From positions 150,132 through 214,131 of the forward strand of contig CAWAUV010000001.1 in the NCBI GenBank assembly GCA_963785305.1: a DNA stretch of 64,000 bases, given 5' to 3'. The notes beneath the pieces were generated by a model. It was not told where the DNA came from. It worked only from the letters and a program-made list of their open reading frames with translations, and searched no databases. Source of the stretch: an uncultured Planctomycetaceae bacterium (GTDB lineage Bacteria > Planctomycetota > Planctomycetia > Pirellulales > PALSA-1355). This document shows, piece after piece, positions 23,312 to 36,278 of the stretch (position 1 is its first letter; every line of letters begins with the position of its first letter). Both the position numbers and the translations under genes were made by a program.

Positions 23312-23819
23312 AAGCATACACGAACTGGCCATTGGCTCGGAACACTCCGCTTCGCGCAAGACGCCGTGCAAAGCAGAGGGCCGATAGCAAGTTCGGGTAA
23401 GCTCGCAAAACGTCGGATTCTGCCTCGGCGAGTCGGGCGAATTGCGGAGTTGGCCTTCCCCAGGTAGCCAGGCGTCGCCACCGCCCGAAACACTTAGCGT
23501 TTATAGACGGTGATGCATCGAGCAGGTTGCGAACTTGCTTGGATGGCGCGATCGCTCCGTAAGGCGGTCTGCAAGATCGAGGGACGTGGCGGTTTTCGTC
23601 GCTCGAGCGCCAAGAAATTGGGGATGCGTTTTTAATTAGAGGCCCTGCGATCTCGGAAAAGTCGGCCGGAGACGGAATCATCGTTTGCTTGAAGAGCGCA
23701 TGCGGCAGTTCGCGGAATCGCGAATTGTCTCGCGTGTTCCTCCGCTCGAGCGAAAGGCCTGATTGCGTCGCGCTTGGCGGCTTTTCCGAGGATTGGCCGG
23801 AATCACGGGAGTTGTTTGC

Positions 23820-24914
23820 ATGAAGACCATGAAAGTCGCCTCGGTCGAGGACTACAAGATCGTCAGCAGTTTCCAAACGCTGCGCAAGACACTTCTCGAA
23901 GACAAATTCGCTGATCGGTTGGAAAAGCCGCTCGCCTATTGGGCGATGCCCAACGATCGCCGGCTGCCGCTGGCGTTTCTCGGCCGCACGATCAAGGACC
24001 TGCTCGACACGCCGTTCGACGAACTCTCGGCCACGCCCGGGATTGGACAGAAGAAAATCAGTTGCCTCGTGAAGCTGCTTTCGAGAGCGACCAAGGACCA
24101 TCCGCCGGTGGCGCCGTTTGGCCCGCATGAGTCCGTCGAACCGAAACCCCGGCCCGAGCGTCCGAAGGCCGACGCGGAGTTCGATCCGGCGATTGTTTCG
24201 GAAGCGCTCTGGACCGAATGGCGCGGTGCGATCGAGCGACATGGGCTCGGCCGCGAGAAGCTCGGCCGGCTGGCGCCCACGCTGCAAGCCCTGCCCACGG
24301 TGATCTGGCACACGCCGCTCGAGTTTTATCTGGGCCTGAGTGTCTCCGAAATTCGGCGCCTCAAGACCCACGGTGAAAAGCGGGTTCGGGTCGTGCTCGA
24401 AGTGTTTCATATTCTGTTCGATATGTTCCGCGACGCGCCGGCCAATCCGCGGCTCAAGCTGCGGCCGACTCCGTCGTTCATCGAGCCGGTCGACGCCTGG
24501 ATGCAGAGCGTCGTCTCGCGGGGCGAGATTCCGACTCCCGACGAAGTGCGCGAGCAGCTTGCAATGCCGCTTTTGGCGCAGCTCAAGATCGACGCCGGCG
24601 ACAACATCTTCTCGCTCAGCGAATCGCGGCTTGGCATCCATGGCGCGCCGCAGAGCGTTCGCCGTCAGGCCAAGGAGCTCGGCATCACGCGAGCCCGCGT
24701 GTATCAACTGCTCGAGGATTGCTCGCGCGTGATGGCGGTGCGCTGGCCCGAGGGAAACTATCTCTCGGCGGCGCTCTCGGCCAAGCTCAAAGCCATCGCC
24801 AAGCCTTCCGACGACATCGCGCTCTGCCGCGCAACGCTCGATTTGTTCTTTCCAGGCAGCAGCCGAGTCGAGGAAGACCTGAGCGACGACGACGAACCGG
24901 AAGCGATTGCCTGA
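23820..24914 (+). CDS. Hypothetical protein with two RNAP alpha-CTD/HhH-like segments and a sigma70 region-4-like HTH
   Basis: GGGAG RBS. Motifs RTIKDLLDTPFDELSATPGIGQKKI, LGLSVSEIRRLKTHGEKRV and SRLGI..PQSVRRQAKELGITRARVYQL. Confidence 0.65.
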   Translation: MKTMKVASVEDYKIVSSFQTLRKTLLEDKFADRLEKPLAYWAMPNDRRLPLAFLGRTIKDLLDTPFDELSATPGIGQKKISCLVKLLSRATKDHPPVAPFGPHESVEPKPRPERPKADAEFDPAIVSEALWTEWRGAIERHGLGREKLGRLAPTLQALPTVIWHTPLEFYLGLSVSEIRRLKTHGEKRVRVVLEVFHILFDMFRDAPANPRLKLRPTPSFIEPVDAWMQSVVSRGEIPTPDEVREQLAMPLLAQLKIDAGDNIFSLSESRLGIHGAPQSVRRQAKELGITRARVYQLLEDCSRVMAVRWPEGNYLSAALSAKLKAIAKPSDDIALCRATLDLFFPGSSRVEEDLSDDDEPEAIA

Positions 24915-25021
24915 GGGGGCTCGCGCGTGTAGAAAGCAGCCTGTCGACGTTTTCGATCGGCTGCCCAGGCGCTGGCTCGCGAGCCGCGCCGCGCCGATTT
25001 TGGCCCTCGCGAGCGCTATGG

Positions 25022-26444
25022 ATGACCACCGCCACCCCCGACCAGCGCCCGTGCGTGGCGATCATCGGCGGCGGCTTGGGGGGCCTTGCGGCGGCGGCCG
25101 CTTTGAGTCGCACGCGGGCGCGTGTCGTGGTGTTCGAGGCGAGGCGGCATTTTGGCGGACGGGCCACGTCGTTTCGTGATCCCGATACCGGCCAATTGGT
25201 CGATTTCTGCCAGCATGTCTCGATGGGCTGCTGCACCAATCTGGCCGACCTCGCGCGCCGCGCCGGATTCGACTCCGAGTTTCTGCCGGCGCAAGCTCAC
25301 ATTCATCGGGCCGGCCGGCGAAGTCTGCTGCTTCGCGGCGTCGCGGTGGTTGCCCGCGCCGCTGCATCTGGCGCCCGGCTTGCAAAAGCTGGCGTATCTG
25401 ACTCGCGAAGACCGCCGCGCGATCTCGCGAGCGATGTGGCGCTTGATGCGCACTCCACTCGACGACCTTGCCCAAGGGCCCACGGCCCGGCTGTGGCTCG
25501 AGCACCAGGGGCAAAGCGAGCGGGCGATCGAATTATTTTGGAGCGTGGTGCTCGTCAGCGCGCTGGGCGAGAGCCTCGAGCATGCGTCGATGGCGGCGGC
25601 GCGCAAGGTGTTCGTCGATGGCTTTCTCGCCGCGGCCGAAGCCTATGTGGTGCAAACCCCGCAAGCGCCGCTCGGCGAGCTCATCGGCAAGCGATTGCCG
25701 GCCTGGCTCGAGCGCCAAGGCGCGATGCTCCAGGGCGGCGCCGCAATCGAGCGAATCAATGCCGACGCCGACGGGCGATTTCATATCGATGTCTCGGGCA
25801 CGACGCGCGGGCCGTTTGATCGCGTCGTGATCGCGACCACATGGCGCCGCGTGGCGGAGCTATTGCCCTCCGCGTGGCGCGAGCGTTTGCCCTGGCTCGC
25901 CGGGCTGGAAAGTTGGCCCGCGGCGCCGATCACGGGCGCGCATCTCTGGTTCGACCGGCCGCTCACCGAATTGCCCCACGCGGTGCTTGTCGGCCGGCTC
26001 GGGCAATGGCTATTCAACCGCTCGAGCTGCCCAAGGGGCGCCGTCGGCGAGCACTATTATCAAGTGGTCATCAGCGCCTCGCGCGACTTGGCCGGTCGCG
26101 ATCGAGAGGCGGTGGCCCGAGAGCTTTGCGACGAGCTGCGGGCGATCTGGCCGGCGGCGCGCGAAGCGAAGCTGCTGCGATATCGCATCGTGACGGAGCC
26201 GATGGCGGTTTTCTCGGTGCGGCCGGGCAGCACTGCCTTGCGACCCGCGCAGCACACGGCGATTGAAGGCTTGTTCGTGGCGGGCGATTGGACCGCGACC
26301 GGCTGGCCGGCCACGATGGAGGGCGCGGTTCGCGGCGGCTATCTCGCCGCCGAAGGCGTCGCGGCGTCGCTCGGCGAGCCACGACGATTCCTTCAGCCCG
26401 ACTTGCGGCGTTCGTGGCTCGCGAGGTTGCTTATTCGCGAGTAA
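25022..26444 (+). CDS. hpnE: Hydroxysqualene dehydroxylase (squalene/hopanoid pathway); frameshift ~25285
   Basis: VAIIGGGLGGLAAA..FEARRHFGGRATSF.D...VDFCQHVSMGCCTNL, LPAPLHL, VVISASR and AGDWTATGWPATMEGAVRGG. Confidence 0.85.
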
Positions 26445-26497
26445 CGAGATATTCAGGGGCGGACTTTCGCGAGCTCGTGCGTCGCCAGTGGCAAATC

Positions 26498-27716
26498 TCA
26501 GGAGGCTTGCCGCAGTTGGCGCTTGAGCTTCTTACGCTCGGCGCGAGTGAGTCCGCCGCTGTCGCCGGTGTCGTCGTCATTGTCGTTTTGCGATTCGCGG
26601 CGAGCGGGGGCGAGCGGCTTGGGCGGCTGGCATCGGGCGCATCGGCGCACGAATGGCCTTCGGAACGAGAAGCGGCTTCCGATCGCGCCGCAACCGCGGG
26701 ACGGACCGCCACCGAGGGGCGGGCCGCCAGCTTCGAGCTTTCGAGGTCGCTACGCGAATGCGCCGCGACCCGAGGCTTGTCGTTCGGTTCGCTTGCCGTG
26801 GAAGCGGGTTTCTTGTCGCTTGCCTCGTCGGCCTCGCTCTCGACTTTCGCGCGTCGCTTGGCCTTGGGCTTCGACTCGGATTTCGGCGATCGCTGTTTTA
26901 ATCGCCCCTCGGCGTCGAGAATCACGTGGCGCGCATAGATCGCGACGCCGCTGAGCAGTAGCAAGTGCCCAAGCATGCGCAGTCCGCAAATCAGCATCAC
27001 CGATCGCTCGGCGTCTTGCGTCGGCACAAGCCAAACGGCGAGCCATGGTCCGGCAATGAGCGTGGTCGAGGACAGCGCGAGCGGGATCGTGGCGCCGAAT
27101 GAACGGCGGGTTTCGATCAGCATTCTTCCGGCGACGACGCCCAGCAACAGGCGATGCCCCAGGTCCACCAGCGGGGATGCTCCAAACCGGTCCATTGGCC
27201 GACGAGCCGTGCGATTCCGGCGCCGAGCGGATCGAGCGGCGCCGCTTCGTGCATGCTCAAGAGAACCGCCACAAACACCAACCCGCGCCACACGCGATAT
27301 CGCCCCTGATAGTCATCGAGCCGATGGCTTCGCAAGCGATAGATAAGCAGTCCCAAACCCGCGGTGGCCCCGAGCCATACCGAAGATACCCAACGCGCCA
27401 AGCTCGCCGGACCGGACAAGTCGAGTGCGCCGAGGCTTTCGGGTCCCAAGTGGGGCTTCAACTCGGGCGAGTACAGAAACGCGACTTCCAGCGCCGCGAT
27501 CGTTGCGAGGCCGGCCAGCCAGATCATGGCGTGCCCGAGCGCCGAAAGGGGCGCGAGGTCCACGATATGCGGCTGCTCATGGCGTTTGGCCGCCTGAGCG
27601 TAGGCTTCGCCACTGATGGCGCCGCCAGGGCGCTCGGAGTTTGCCTCGGGCGCATCGGCGCCGTTGAGCGCCTCGTCCGCAATAACCCGCCGCCGACGAT
27701 CGTGCCGAAAAGCCAT
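26498..27716 (-). CDS. Multi-pass membrane protein with charged low-complexity tail; at least 2 frameshifts
   Basis: MAFRHDRRRR start, several TM helices (RSHRLDDYQGRYRVW..LLSMHEA; YARHVILDAEG), and a tail ending GLTRAERKKLKRQLRQAS* at TGA 26498-26500. Confidence 0.6.
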
Positions 27717-27920
27717 CGAAGATTTGCCCGCCTGGGTGAATTGTCGAAGCGCATGGCCGCTGGCGCGCGGACGGCGATCGCTCGCAATGCAAACGCCGCC
27801 TGTGACGAATTCGGCATTCCGGGCCGGCCGGCTGCACTGCCGTTTTTCACGATTGCGACGCGGCAATTCAGGAAGACTTTGCCGGCGGCGAATCGCGTGG
27901 CGATCCATGTGCCCGGCGTC

Positions 27921-29405
27921 TCAAAGGGTCTTCAGATATTCGAGCAGCGAATCTTTTTCGCCATCGCTGAGTCCCTCGGCGAACGGATGGCCCGCGGCGC
28001 TCTTGCCGAATAGTCGCGTGTCGAAATACCAGCGCCGCTCGGCGGGCACGTCGAGCGCGGCGGCCGGTCGATCGCTGAAGGCCATGATTTCGAGTCCGAC
28101 TCGCTGGCGATCGTAGCCGTCGGGCGTGCGTTTCCACACGGTCGGCCGATCGTCGGGATGCAGCACATGCCAGAGCGTGGGCACGGCGCCGTTGTGAAAA
28201 TACGGCGCGGTGGCCCAAACTCCATCCAAGGGCGGCGCTATATAACCGCCAGGCTCGAGCACCACGGACTCGCCCCGGTAGTTGTTGAACCAGCTTTTGG
28301 CATAGTTCTGGCGATGCTCGCGCGAGAGCGCGGTCGACCGCACCGGATCGGTTCCCACTTCGGCCAGCGGCACGCGTTTCTCTGGATAACCGCCGCCCGG
28401 GCCATAGGTTCCATGACATTCGGCGCATTGCCGATTGAAAACGAGTTGACCACTCGCCGCGAGCTTGCGATCGACATCGAATGGATACGCCGGCGGCCGC
28501 AGCGATTCGATCCATGCCTCGACCGCCTTGAAATCATCTTCCCAGGAGCGGAACTGCGCGGGCCCGTTTTCCTTGATCAACATGAATTGCATCAGCGCGC
28601 GATGGTTTTTATCGGCGAAGTTGTCGATATAGAGTCGCTGCTTGCGATGCATTTGCCACCAAGCGGGCGCATCGTGGTCATGGTGAATCATCTTGGGGGG
28701 CAAGAGCACATTGAGCACATTCAAATCCGGATCGCGGCGGGCCATGAGCGCCACGCCGAAGTTCACGGCGTTCGTCGCGCCGATCGTGGTTCCAAGCGGC
28801 ATGAACATGCCGCCGACTTCCATGCGCGACGCTTTCTTCCCCAGCTTGATCTTGGTCTCGCGCACATCGTCGGTGAGTGTTTCGAGCGCATAAAGCGAGT
28901 TGGCCACGCCCGGAATCACGCGGCCGGCCACTTTGCCCTGATGGCACGCGAGACAATTCATCGTCCAGAGGCCGTTGGAGTCGACGACATATTGTTGCGG
29001 CCGACCGGGATCGCTCGCCGGATCGCCCGAATCATGGCGCCCGGTGAGCCCGTAGCGCGCGAACGCCAAGCGGCGGCGGCGGGCCACGCTTGCTTTTTCG
29101 GCCTCGGAGCGGAGCGGCTCTTCCCAGACTTGCCACAGGGCGTCGAAGGTTTCTTGGTCGAAGTCGGGCGAGAGATAGGGCTTGGTCGTGAGCAGTTCGT
29201 AACCGCGATGGGCAAACGCCGGATCGAGCGGCCCGGCTTTCTTCGCGGCGGCGGCGCGGTCCGATTCGGCGGAGGATTTTGAATTCAATTCCGTCGCATG
29301 GGCGAAGGAAGCGCTCCCGCATGTGAACGCCGCGAGCATCGCGGCAGCTAGCACTCGCCGCGTTTGTCGTCGCCGGGCGCCAGCATGCCCTTTCGATGAT
29401 TGCAC
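27921..29405 (-). CDS. Secreted di-heme c-type cytochrome (RoxA/peroxidase-like fold)
   Basis: Signal peptide, CLACH and CAECH heme motifs, VGTDP, PPLDGVWATAPYFHNGAVPTL and LLEYLKTL. Confidence 0.8.
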   Translation of the reverse strand: MQSSKGHAGARRRQTRRVLAAAMLAAFTCGSASFAHATELNSKSSAESDRAAAAKKAGPLDPAFAHRGYELLTTKPYLSPDFDQETFDALWQVWEEPLRSEAEKASVARRRRLAFARYGLTGRHDSGDPASDPGRPQQYVVDSNGLWTMNCLACHQGKVAGRVIPGVANSLYALETLTDDVRETKIKLGKKASRMEVGGMFMPLGTTIGATNAVNFGVALMARRDPDLNVLNVLLPPKMIHHDHDAPAWWQMHRKQRLYIDNFADKNHRALMQFMLIKENGPAQFRSWEDDFKAVEAWIESLRPPAYPFDVDRKLAASGQLVFNRQCAECHGTYGPGGGYPEKRVPLAEVGTDPVRSTALSREHRQNYAKSWFNNYRGESVVLEPGGYIAPPLDGVWATAPYFHNGAVPTLWHVLHPDDRPTVWKRTPDGYDRQRVGLEIMAFSDRPAAALDVPAERRWYFDTRLFGKSAAGHPFAEGLSDGEKDSLLEYLKTL

Positions 29406-29719
29406 ATTGCCCTCCCACGCGTTGGCATCGCTTCGCCAAGTTGTTTCACGAGAAGTGTAGGCCGAGGACTCGCAAGTGACAATGGCCCTCGGCGCGTCGG
29501 AGGCCACTGGCGACTGACAGGCCGCGGACGGTTGGCCAAGGCGTCGAGCGCGTCGCGAATCACGAAAAAAAATTTGATCGGCCTCGCGGCGTCGGGCGTC
29601 CGTTGAATTTGTGAATGCGGCTCCAGCGGTTATCTTGGGAGCGTGGGTCATCTGCTTGCCCGAACTTCGCCCCGCGCGTCTCTCGTTTTGTTTCATTCCT
29701 CGCACACTCCGGATTGCCC

Positions 29720-31810
<2,091 letters not shown>

Positions 31811-31841
31811 TCGTCGCGCGTAAATTCCCACGCGGCGCGGG

Positions 31842-32222
31842 CTATTCCTTGTCGGCCCGATCGAGCGAGGGCGCCAATCGCTCGGCGCGCTCGAGGAGCG
31901 CCTCGAGACGTTCTGATTGTTGGCGGGCTTCGAGCACAAGCCGCTGGACGATGGCGATCTTGGTGTTGAGCTCGCCCATCAAATCGCGCGAGGTCTCGAG
32001 CACTTGCACTTCGAGCGCGGCATAAGGCGTCGGCTGACCAGGGCGAAAATCGGCTCCCGTTTCTTTCAACGCGTCGGACGAGCAAGCATCGGCCCGACGA
32101 CGCCGGCGCCGCCAGCGCAGCGCCATGACGACCACGAGCGCCAGTCCCGCCATGAAGAGCGCCTGCGGCGCGATCTCGGCCACGAGCGGCTCGAGGACCG
32201 GCAATCGGATTTCGTCAAGCAT
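31842..32222 (-). CDS. Small membrane-anchored coiled-coil protein
   Basis: A TM helix followed by RWRRRRRR, then the heptad-like LEVQVLETSRDLMGELNTKIAIVQRLVLEARQQSERLEALL. Lies 30 bp downstream of larC. Confidence 0.55.
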   Translation of the reverse strand: MLDEIRLPVLEPLVAEIAPQALFMAGLALVVVMALRWRRRRRRADACSSDALKETGADFRPGQPTPYAALEVQVLETSRDLMGELNTKIAIVQRLVLEARQQSERLEALLERAERLAPSLDRADKE

Positions 32223-32251
32223 GCCCCCCTCCACATCATCGCGCCGCGGCG

Positions 32252-33421
32252 TCAGGCCTGTTCCGGAAACGCCCGCTGGGCCGCGTGCAGTATCTGTTTA
32301 AGTGGCACGCCATGACGAATGGCCGCCTCGCGACACGATTCGAACTCGGGAGAAAAACCAACTCGCGATCCGATCCAAGCCACCATGCCTTCGATCGGCC
32401 CCCAGGCGGTCTGGACGCTTCGCTTCTCGCGACGCAATTTGTGGCGCTGTATCTGCTGCCGCCGCACTCCCAGCGTGGTGGTCTCGTTAAACAGGATTGC
32501 TTCGAGACGATCGGCTAGCATCGGCTCGCAGAGCGCGCTGAGCATGACGCCCGGGCGATTCTTTTTCATTTGAATCGCCGTGGAAAATACATCGAGCGCG
32601 CCGGCCTCCCAGAGCAAGCTTGTCGCGTGGCCGATCATCTCGCCGGTCGTGTTGTCGAGGTTCGTTTCGAGCATCGTGAGCGTCTCGCGGATGGACGACG
32701 CATCGTCGGCGTGGCCGAGCAAAATGCGGAGCAGATTCGGCTGCTCCTCGAGATCGCGCTGGCCGGCGCCATAGCCGATGGCGTCGATCGTCATCGCGGG
32801 CGCCGGGCCAAAGGCGCCGACCAAAGTGGCCAAGATCGAGGCCCCGGTCGGCGTGGTCAGTTCATGGGGAACGCTGGACGCCGCCAGCGGCACGCCGCGC
32901 AGCAGTTCCGCCGTCGCGGGCGCGGGAATGCTACAGCGACCGTGTGCGATCTCGACAAAGCCGGTTCCCGTCGGCGTGGGCGAAGCCACGGCCCGCTCGA
33001 TGCCGAGCAGATCCCAGCCGATGGCGGCGCCCACGATATCGGCGATGGAATCGACTGCGCCGACTTCATGGAAATGCACCTTCTGAATCGTTGTGCCATG
33101 CACGCGGGCTTCGGCTTCGGCCAGCCGCCCGAAGATGCGCTTGGCCAGGTCCTTGGCCCGGTCCGAGAGTGAGCCCTGTTCGATCATCGCCACGATATGA
33201 TGCAAGTGGCGGTGTTTGTGCTCGGGCTCGTGTTCGATCGTGATTTGGGTGGCGCGAAAGCCTTTTTTTTTGCATTCCGCGCGGCGAAGTCGGACCCCGG
33301 GTAGGCCGAGGCTCATGACTCCGGCTTCGATTGCTTCGAGGCTCGCGCCGGCGTCGACCAGAGCGCCAAGAGTCATGTCGCCGCTAATGCCGCTCGCGCA
33401 ATCGAGATATGCAATTCTCAT
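32252..33421 (-). CDS. larC: Nickel pincer cofactor biosynthesis protein LarC
   Basis: MRIAYLDCASGISGDMTLGALVDAG, His-rich EHEPEHKHRHLHH, VHFHEVGAVDSIADIVG, PAPATAELL, ELTTPTG, ETNLD, MKKNRPG and ETTTLGVR. Confidence 0.95.
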   Translation of the reverse strand: MRIAYLDCASGISGDMTLGALVDAGASLEAIEAGVMSLGLPGVRLRRAECKKKGFRATQITIEHEPEHKHRHLHHIVAMIEQGSLSDRAKDLAKRIFGRLAEAEARVHGTTIQKVHFHEVGAVDSIADIVGAAIGWDLLGIERAVASPTPTGTGFVEIAHGRCSIPAPATAELLRGVPLAASSVPHELTTPTGASILATLVGAFGPAPAMTIDAIGYGAGQRDLEEQPNLLRILLGHADDASSIRETLTMLETNLDNTTGEMIGHATSLLWEAGALDVFSTAIQMKKNRPGVMLSALCEPMLADRLEAILFNETTTLGVRRQQIQRHKLRREKRSVQTAWGPIEGMVAWIGSRVGFSPEFESCREAAIRHGVPLKQILHAAQRAFPEQA

Positions 33422-33637
33422 GGTACTACTCACTTTGACTCCATCGCCGACCATCGTCGGCCGCCAAGGCAGCCGCCCGATCGCGGCGCTGAATTGGGAT
33501 GGCCGGTGCTCGGCGAAAAACTCGTCTGCCAGCAGTATAGGCAATTCGCCGCGACCGCGGCTATGCTGGTTCGGTCGGCGGCTCGGCGACGTATCGAGGC
33601 GCTTGGACCTTTTGAAAGCACCGGTGAGAGACGCGAA

Positions 33638-35404
33638 ATGATTGTGATCCTTGGCGCGGGCATCAATGGCTGTGCGCTCGCTCGCGAACTGCTCCTGGGC
33701 GGCATGTCGGTAACGCTCGTCGACACGGCCGACGCGGCGTTCGGCGCCACTGCCTACGCTTCACGGCTGATCCACGGCGGGCTCCGTTATCTTGAATATG
33801 GCGAATTCGATCTCGTGCGCGAGTCGCTTGCCGAGCGCCGGCGACTGCTCCGCTTGGCGCCGCAGTTTGTTCGGCCGCTCGAACTCGGCATTCCGCTCGA
33901 ACGCCTCGGCGGCGGCTTGCTCAGCGCCGTGGCCCGATTCGCCGGCGGCTCGCGAATCGCCCCCGCGGCGTTTAGCCGTGGCGCACAAAAGAAACAATCC
34001 GGCTCGCGGCCCTCCCAGCGCGGAAAACGTGGCCTGCTGCTCACCTGGGCGGGCCTCGCGCTCTACGACGCCTATGCCAAGGACCCGGCCTTGGGCCGCC
34101 ATCATATCGAACGCATTCGTTCGGGCCGCACCCCGATCAACGCCGAGCGGTTTCATTGGCTGGCCGTGTATCACGATGTGCAGATTCTCTCGCCCGAGCG
34201 ATTCACGCTCGCGTTGCTTGAAGACGCTCGGCGGATCGCGAGCGAGAATCACCGCGAGTTTCGCTTTTTGAATTACCACCGTGCGCACCTTACCGGGGCG
34301 ACGGTGAAAATCGAACCGACGACTCCCCAATTCGCGTTGCTTAAAACGACCGTCGAGAAATCAGGCGTCGTCGAGCTCAAGCCGGCGGCGCTCGTCAACG
34401 CGACCGGCGCATGGGTGGACCGCACATGGCGTGGCGTGGGCGCGAATGCGCCGCGCCTCATGGGTCCCACCAAAGGCAGCCATTGCTTTCTCTTTCACGC
34501 CGGTTTACGAGCCGCGCTCGCCGGCCGCGGCATCTATGCCGAAGCCGCCGATGGACGCCCGATCTTCATCACGCCGCTCGGCGACGCGGTGCTGCTGGGA
34601 ACCACCGACGAGCCATTTGCCGACGATCCGGCCACGGCGGTCGCGCGAAAGGACGAAACTCGCTATTTGCTCGACGCGGCCAACGCGATTTTCCCCGCGC
34701 TCAATCTGCGGCCCGAGGACGTGGCCTTCACATATTGCGGCGTTCGACCGCTTCCCCTTGTCGACGCGAGTAGTCCGGGGGCGATTACCCGGCGCCATGC
34801 GATCCGCCGCGACGACTTCGGGCCGGCGCCTTGTTACTCGATCATCGGCGGCAAGCTGACCACCTGCCGCTCGCTCGCCGAAGAAGCCGCGACGCGAATC
34901 TTGACCGATCTCGGCCGGCCGCCCACGGCAAACTCGCGCGACCCTGCGCTGCCCGGCGGCGAGAATTATCCGGGCAATCCGACGATGCTCGCTCGCGAGC
35001 GAAACATTCTTGCCACGCGCCATCGATTGCCGCCCGCCGTGGTCGAGGCGGTGTGGAATCTCTTCGGCACTCGCTCCGACGCCGTGCTCGGCGAATCACT
35101 GGCCGCGGGGAGAAAGGACCACGCCGAGGCGCCCGCGGACGTCGCGCTCGTGCCGGGCACGTCGCTAACGGAATGTGTCGTGCGATGGATCATCGACCAC
35201 GAATGGGTCGTGACGCTCGATGATCTCGTCGAGCGTCGGCTGATGCTACTCTTCGAGCGACGCCTTACGCGACAAACGCTCATTCGCCTCGCCGAGTTGC
35301 TTGTCGAACAACATCGGCTTGCTAACGCCGACGCGACCTCCGCCGTCGAAGCGACGGTTCGGCGCCTGGCGGAGCATTTTGGACGGCGCCTCCGCGGCGA
35401 CTGA
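33638..35404 (+). CDS. glpD: FAD-dependent glycerol-3-phosphate dehydrogenase/oxidase
   Basis: ILGAGINGC, ASRLIHGGLRYLEYGEFDLVRESLAER, VNATGAWVD, TKGSH, GTTD, GVRPL, IIGGKLTTCRSLAE and LDDLVERR. Confidence 0.88.
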   Translation: MIVILGAGINGCALARELLLGGMSVTLVDTADAAFGATAYASRLIHGGLRYLEYGEFDLVRESLAERRRLLRLAPQFVRPLELGIPLERLGGGLLSAVARFAGGSRIAPAAFSRGAQKKQSGSRPSQRGKRGLLLTWAGLALYDAYAKDPALGRHHIERIRSGRTPINAERFHWLAVYHDVQILSPERFTLALLEDARRIASENHREFRFLNYHRAHLTGATVKIEPTTPQFALLKTTVEKSGVVELKPAALVNATGAWVDRTWRGVGANAPRLMGPTKGSHCFLFHAGLRAALAGRGIYAEAADGRPIFITPLGDAVLLGTTDEPFADDPATAVARKDETRYLLDAANAIFPALNLRPEDVAFTYCGVRPLPLVDASSPGAITRRHAIRRDDFGPAPCYSIIGGKLTTCRSLAEEAATRILTDLGRPPTANSRDPALPGGENYPGNPTMLARERNILATRHRLPPAVVEAVWNLFGTRSDAVLGESLAAGRKDHAEAPADVALVPGTSLTECVVRWIIDHEWVVTLDDLVERRLMLLFERRLTRQTLIRLAELLVEQHRLANADATSAVEATVRRLAEHFGRRLRGD

Positions 35405-35467
35405 CTCTTGGCGGCGCCGGCGATGCGCGCGAACAGACTTCCACGACGAACCCGGCGATACCCGGCC

Positions 35468-36163
35468 ATGACCGCGCGACGCATCTTTACGTGGCTGACC
35501 GCGGCTTTGATCTTGAAAGTCGCCTGTGTCGCGATCCTGAACTACCGCGATTACTTCCCGCCGAATTTCGAAGTCGATTTTCTCCGCGGGCGGGAATCGT
35601 ATTTCTGGGGTAGCTATGGAGTGGCCTTCCATGTCCACATTTTATCCGGTCCCGTGTCGCTCACGCTCGGACTGGTTCTTCTCAGCGAACGATTTCGGCG
35701 TCGTTTTCCGAAGTGGCATCGGCGTCTGGGGCGAATTCAGGTTTTGGACGTGTTGCTGCTCGTGGCGCCCAGCGGGCTGTGGATGGGGCGCCACGCCGAC
35801 GGAGGACCGATCGCGGTCTGGGGATTCATGGTGCTCGCGATCGCCACGGGATCATGCGTTGCTCTCGCATGGAGAGCCGCGATGCAAAGACGATTCTCCG
35901 CGCATCGCCTCTGGATGCAACGAGGCTTTCTTCTCTTATGCTCGGCGGTCGTCACCCGCATGATCGGAGGGCTGGTCAGCGTGACCGGATTCCACGCTCC
36001 ATGGATCGCTCCGCTGGCGGCCTGGGTGAGTTGGTTTGCGCCGCTGGCCGTCTTTGAAGGAAGCCGGGCGGTCGAACGGTTGCTATCGCTATTCGCTCGC
36101 CCAAACCAAACACACGACGGGCGGATGACAACGCCGATCCCACGGACCAGTTCACTGGCTTAG
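35468..36163 (+). CDS. DUF2306 membrane protein
   Basis: AFHVHILSGP, KWHRRLGRI, APSGLWM, HRLWMQR, and multiple TM helices. The stop TAG overlaps the IS left end. Confidence 0.75.
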   Translation: MTARRIFTWLTAALILKVACVAILNYRDYFPPNFEVDFLRGRESYFWGSYGVAFHVHILSGPVSLTLGLVLLSERFRRRFPKWHRRLGRIQVLDVLLLVAPSGLWMGRHADGGPIAVWGFMVLAIATGSCVALAWRAAMQRRFSAHRLWMQRGFLLLCSAVVTRMIGGLVSVTGFHAPWIAPLAAWVSWFAPLAVFEGSRAVERLLSLFARPNQTHDGRMTTPIPRTSSLA

Positions 36164-36278
36164 GATCGCCCGAAAAATAACTTTCCGGGAGGTTTTTCAA
36201 ATGTTATTCTGAGTTTTCGTCGTCAGCCGCCGGGGCTTGGTCCGTGGGATTGATCTGGAATATAGGAGGGCCGAGCGC

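Noticed and set aside
22941..23493. Short ORFs in the AT-rich intergenic region
   Set aside because: Their composition is atypical (poly-T/A derived F/K runs) with no RBS or motifs. The region is more likely regulatory DNA.
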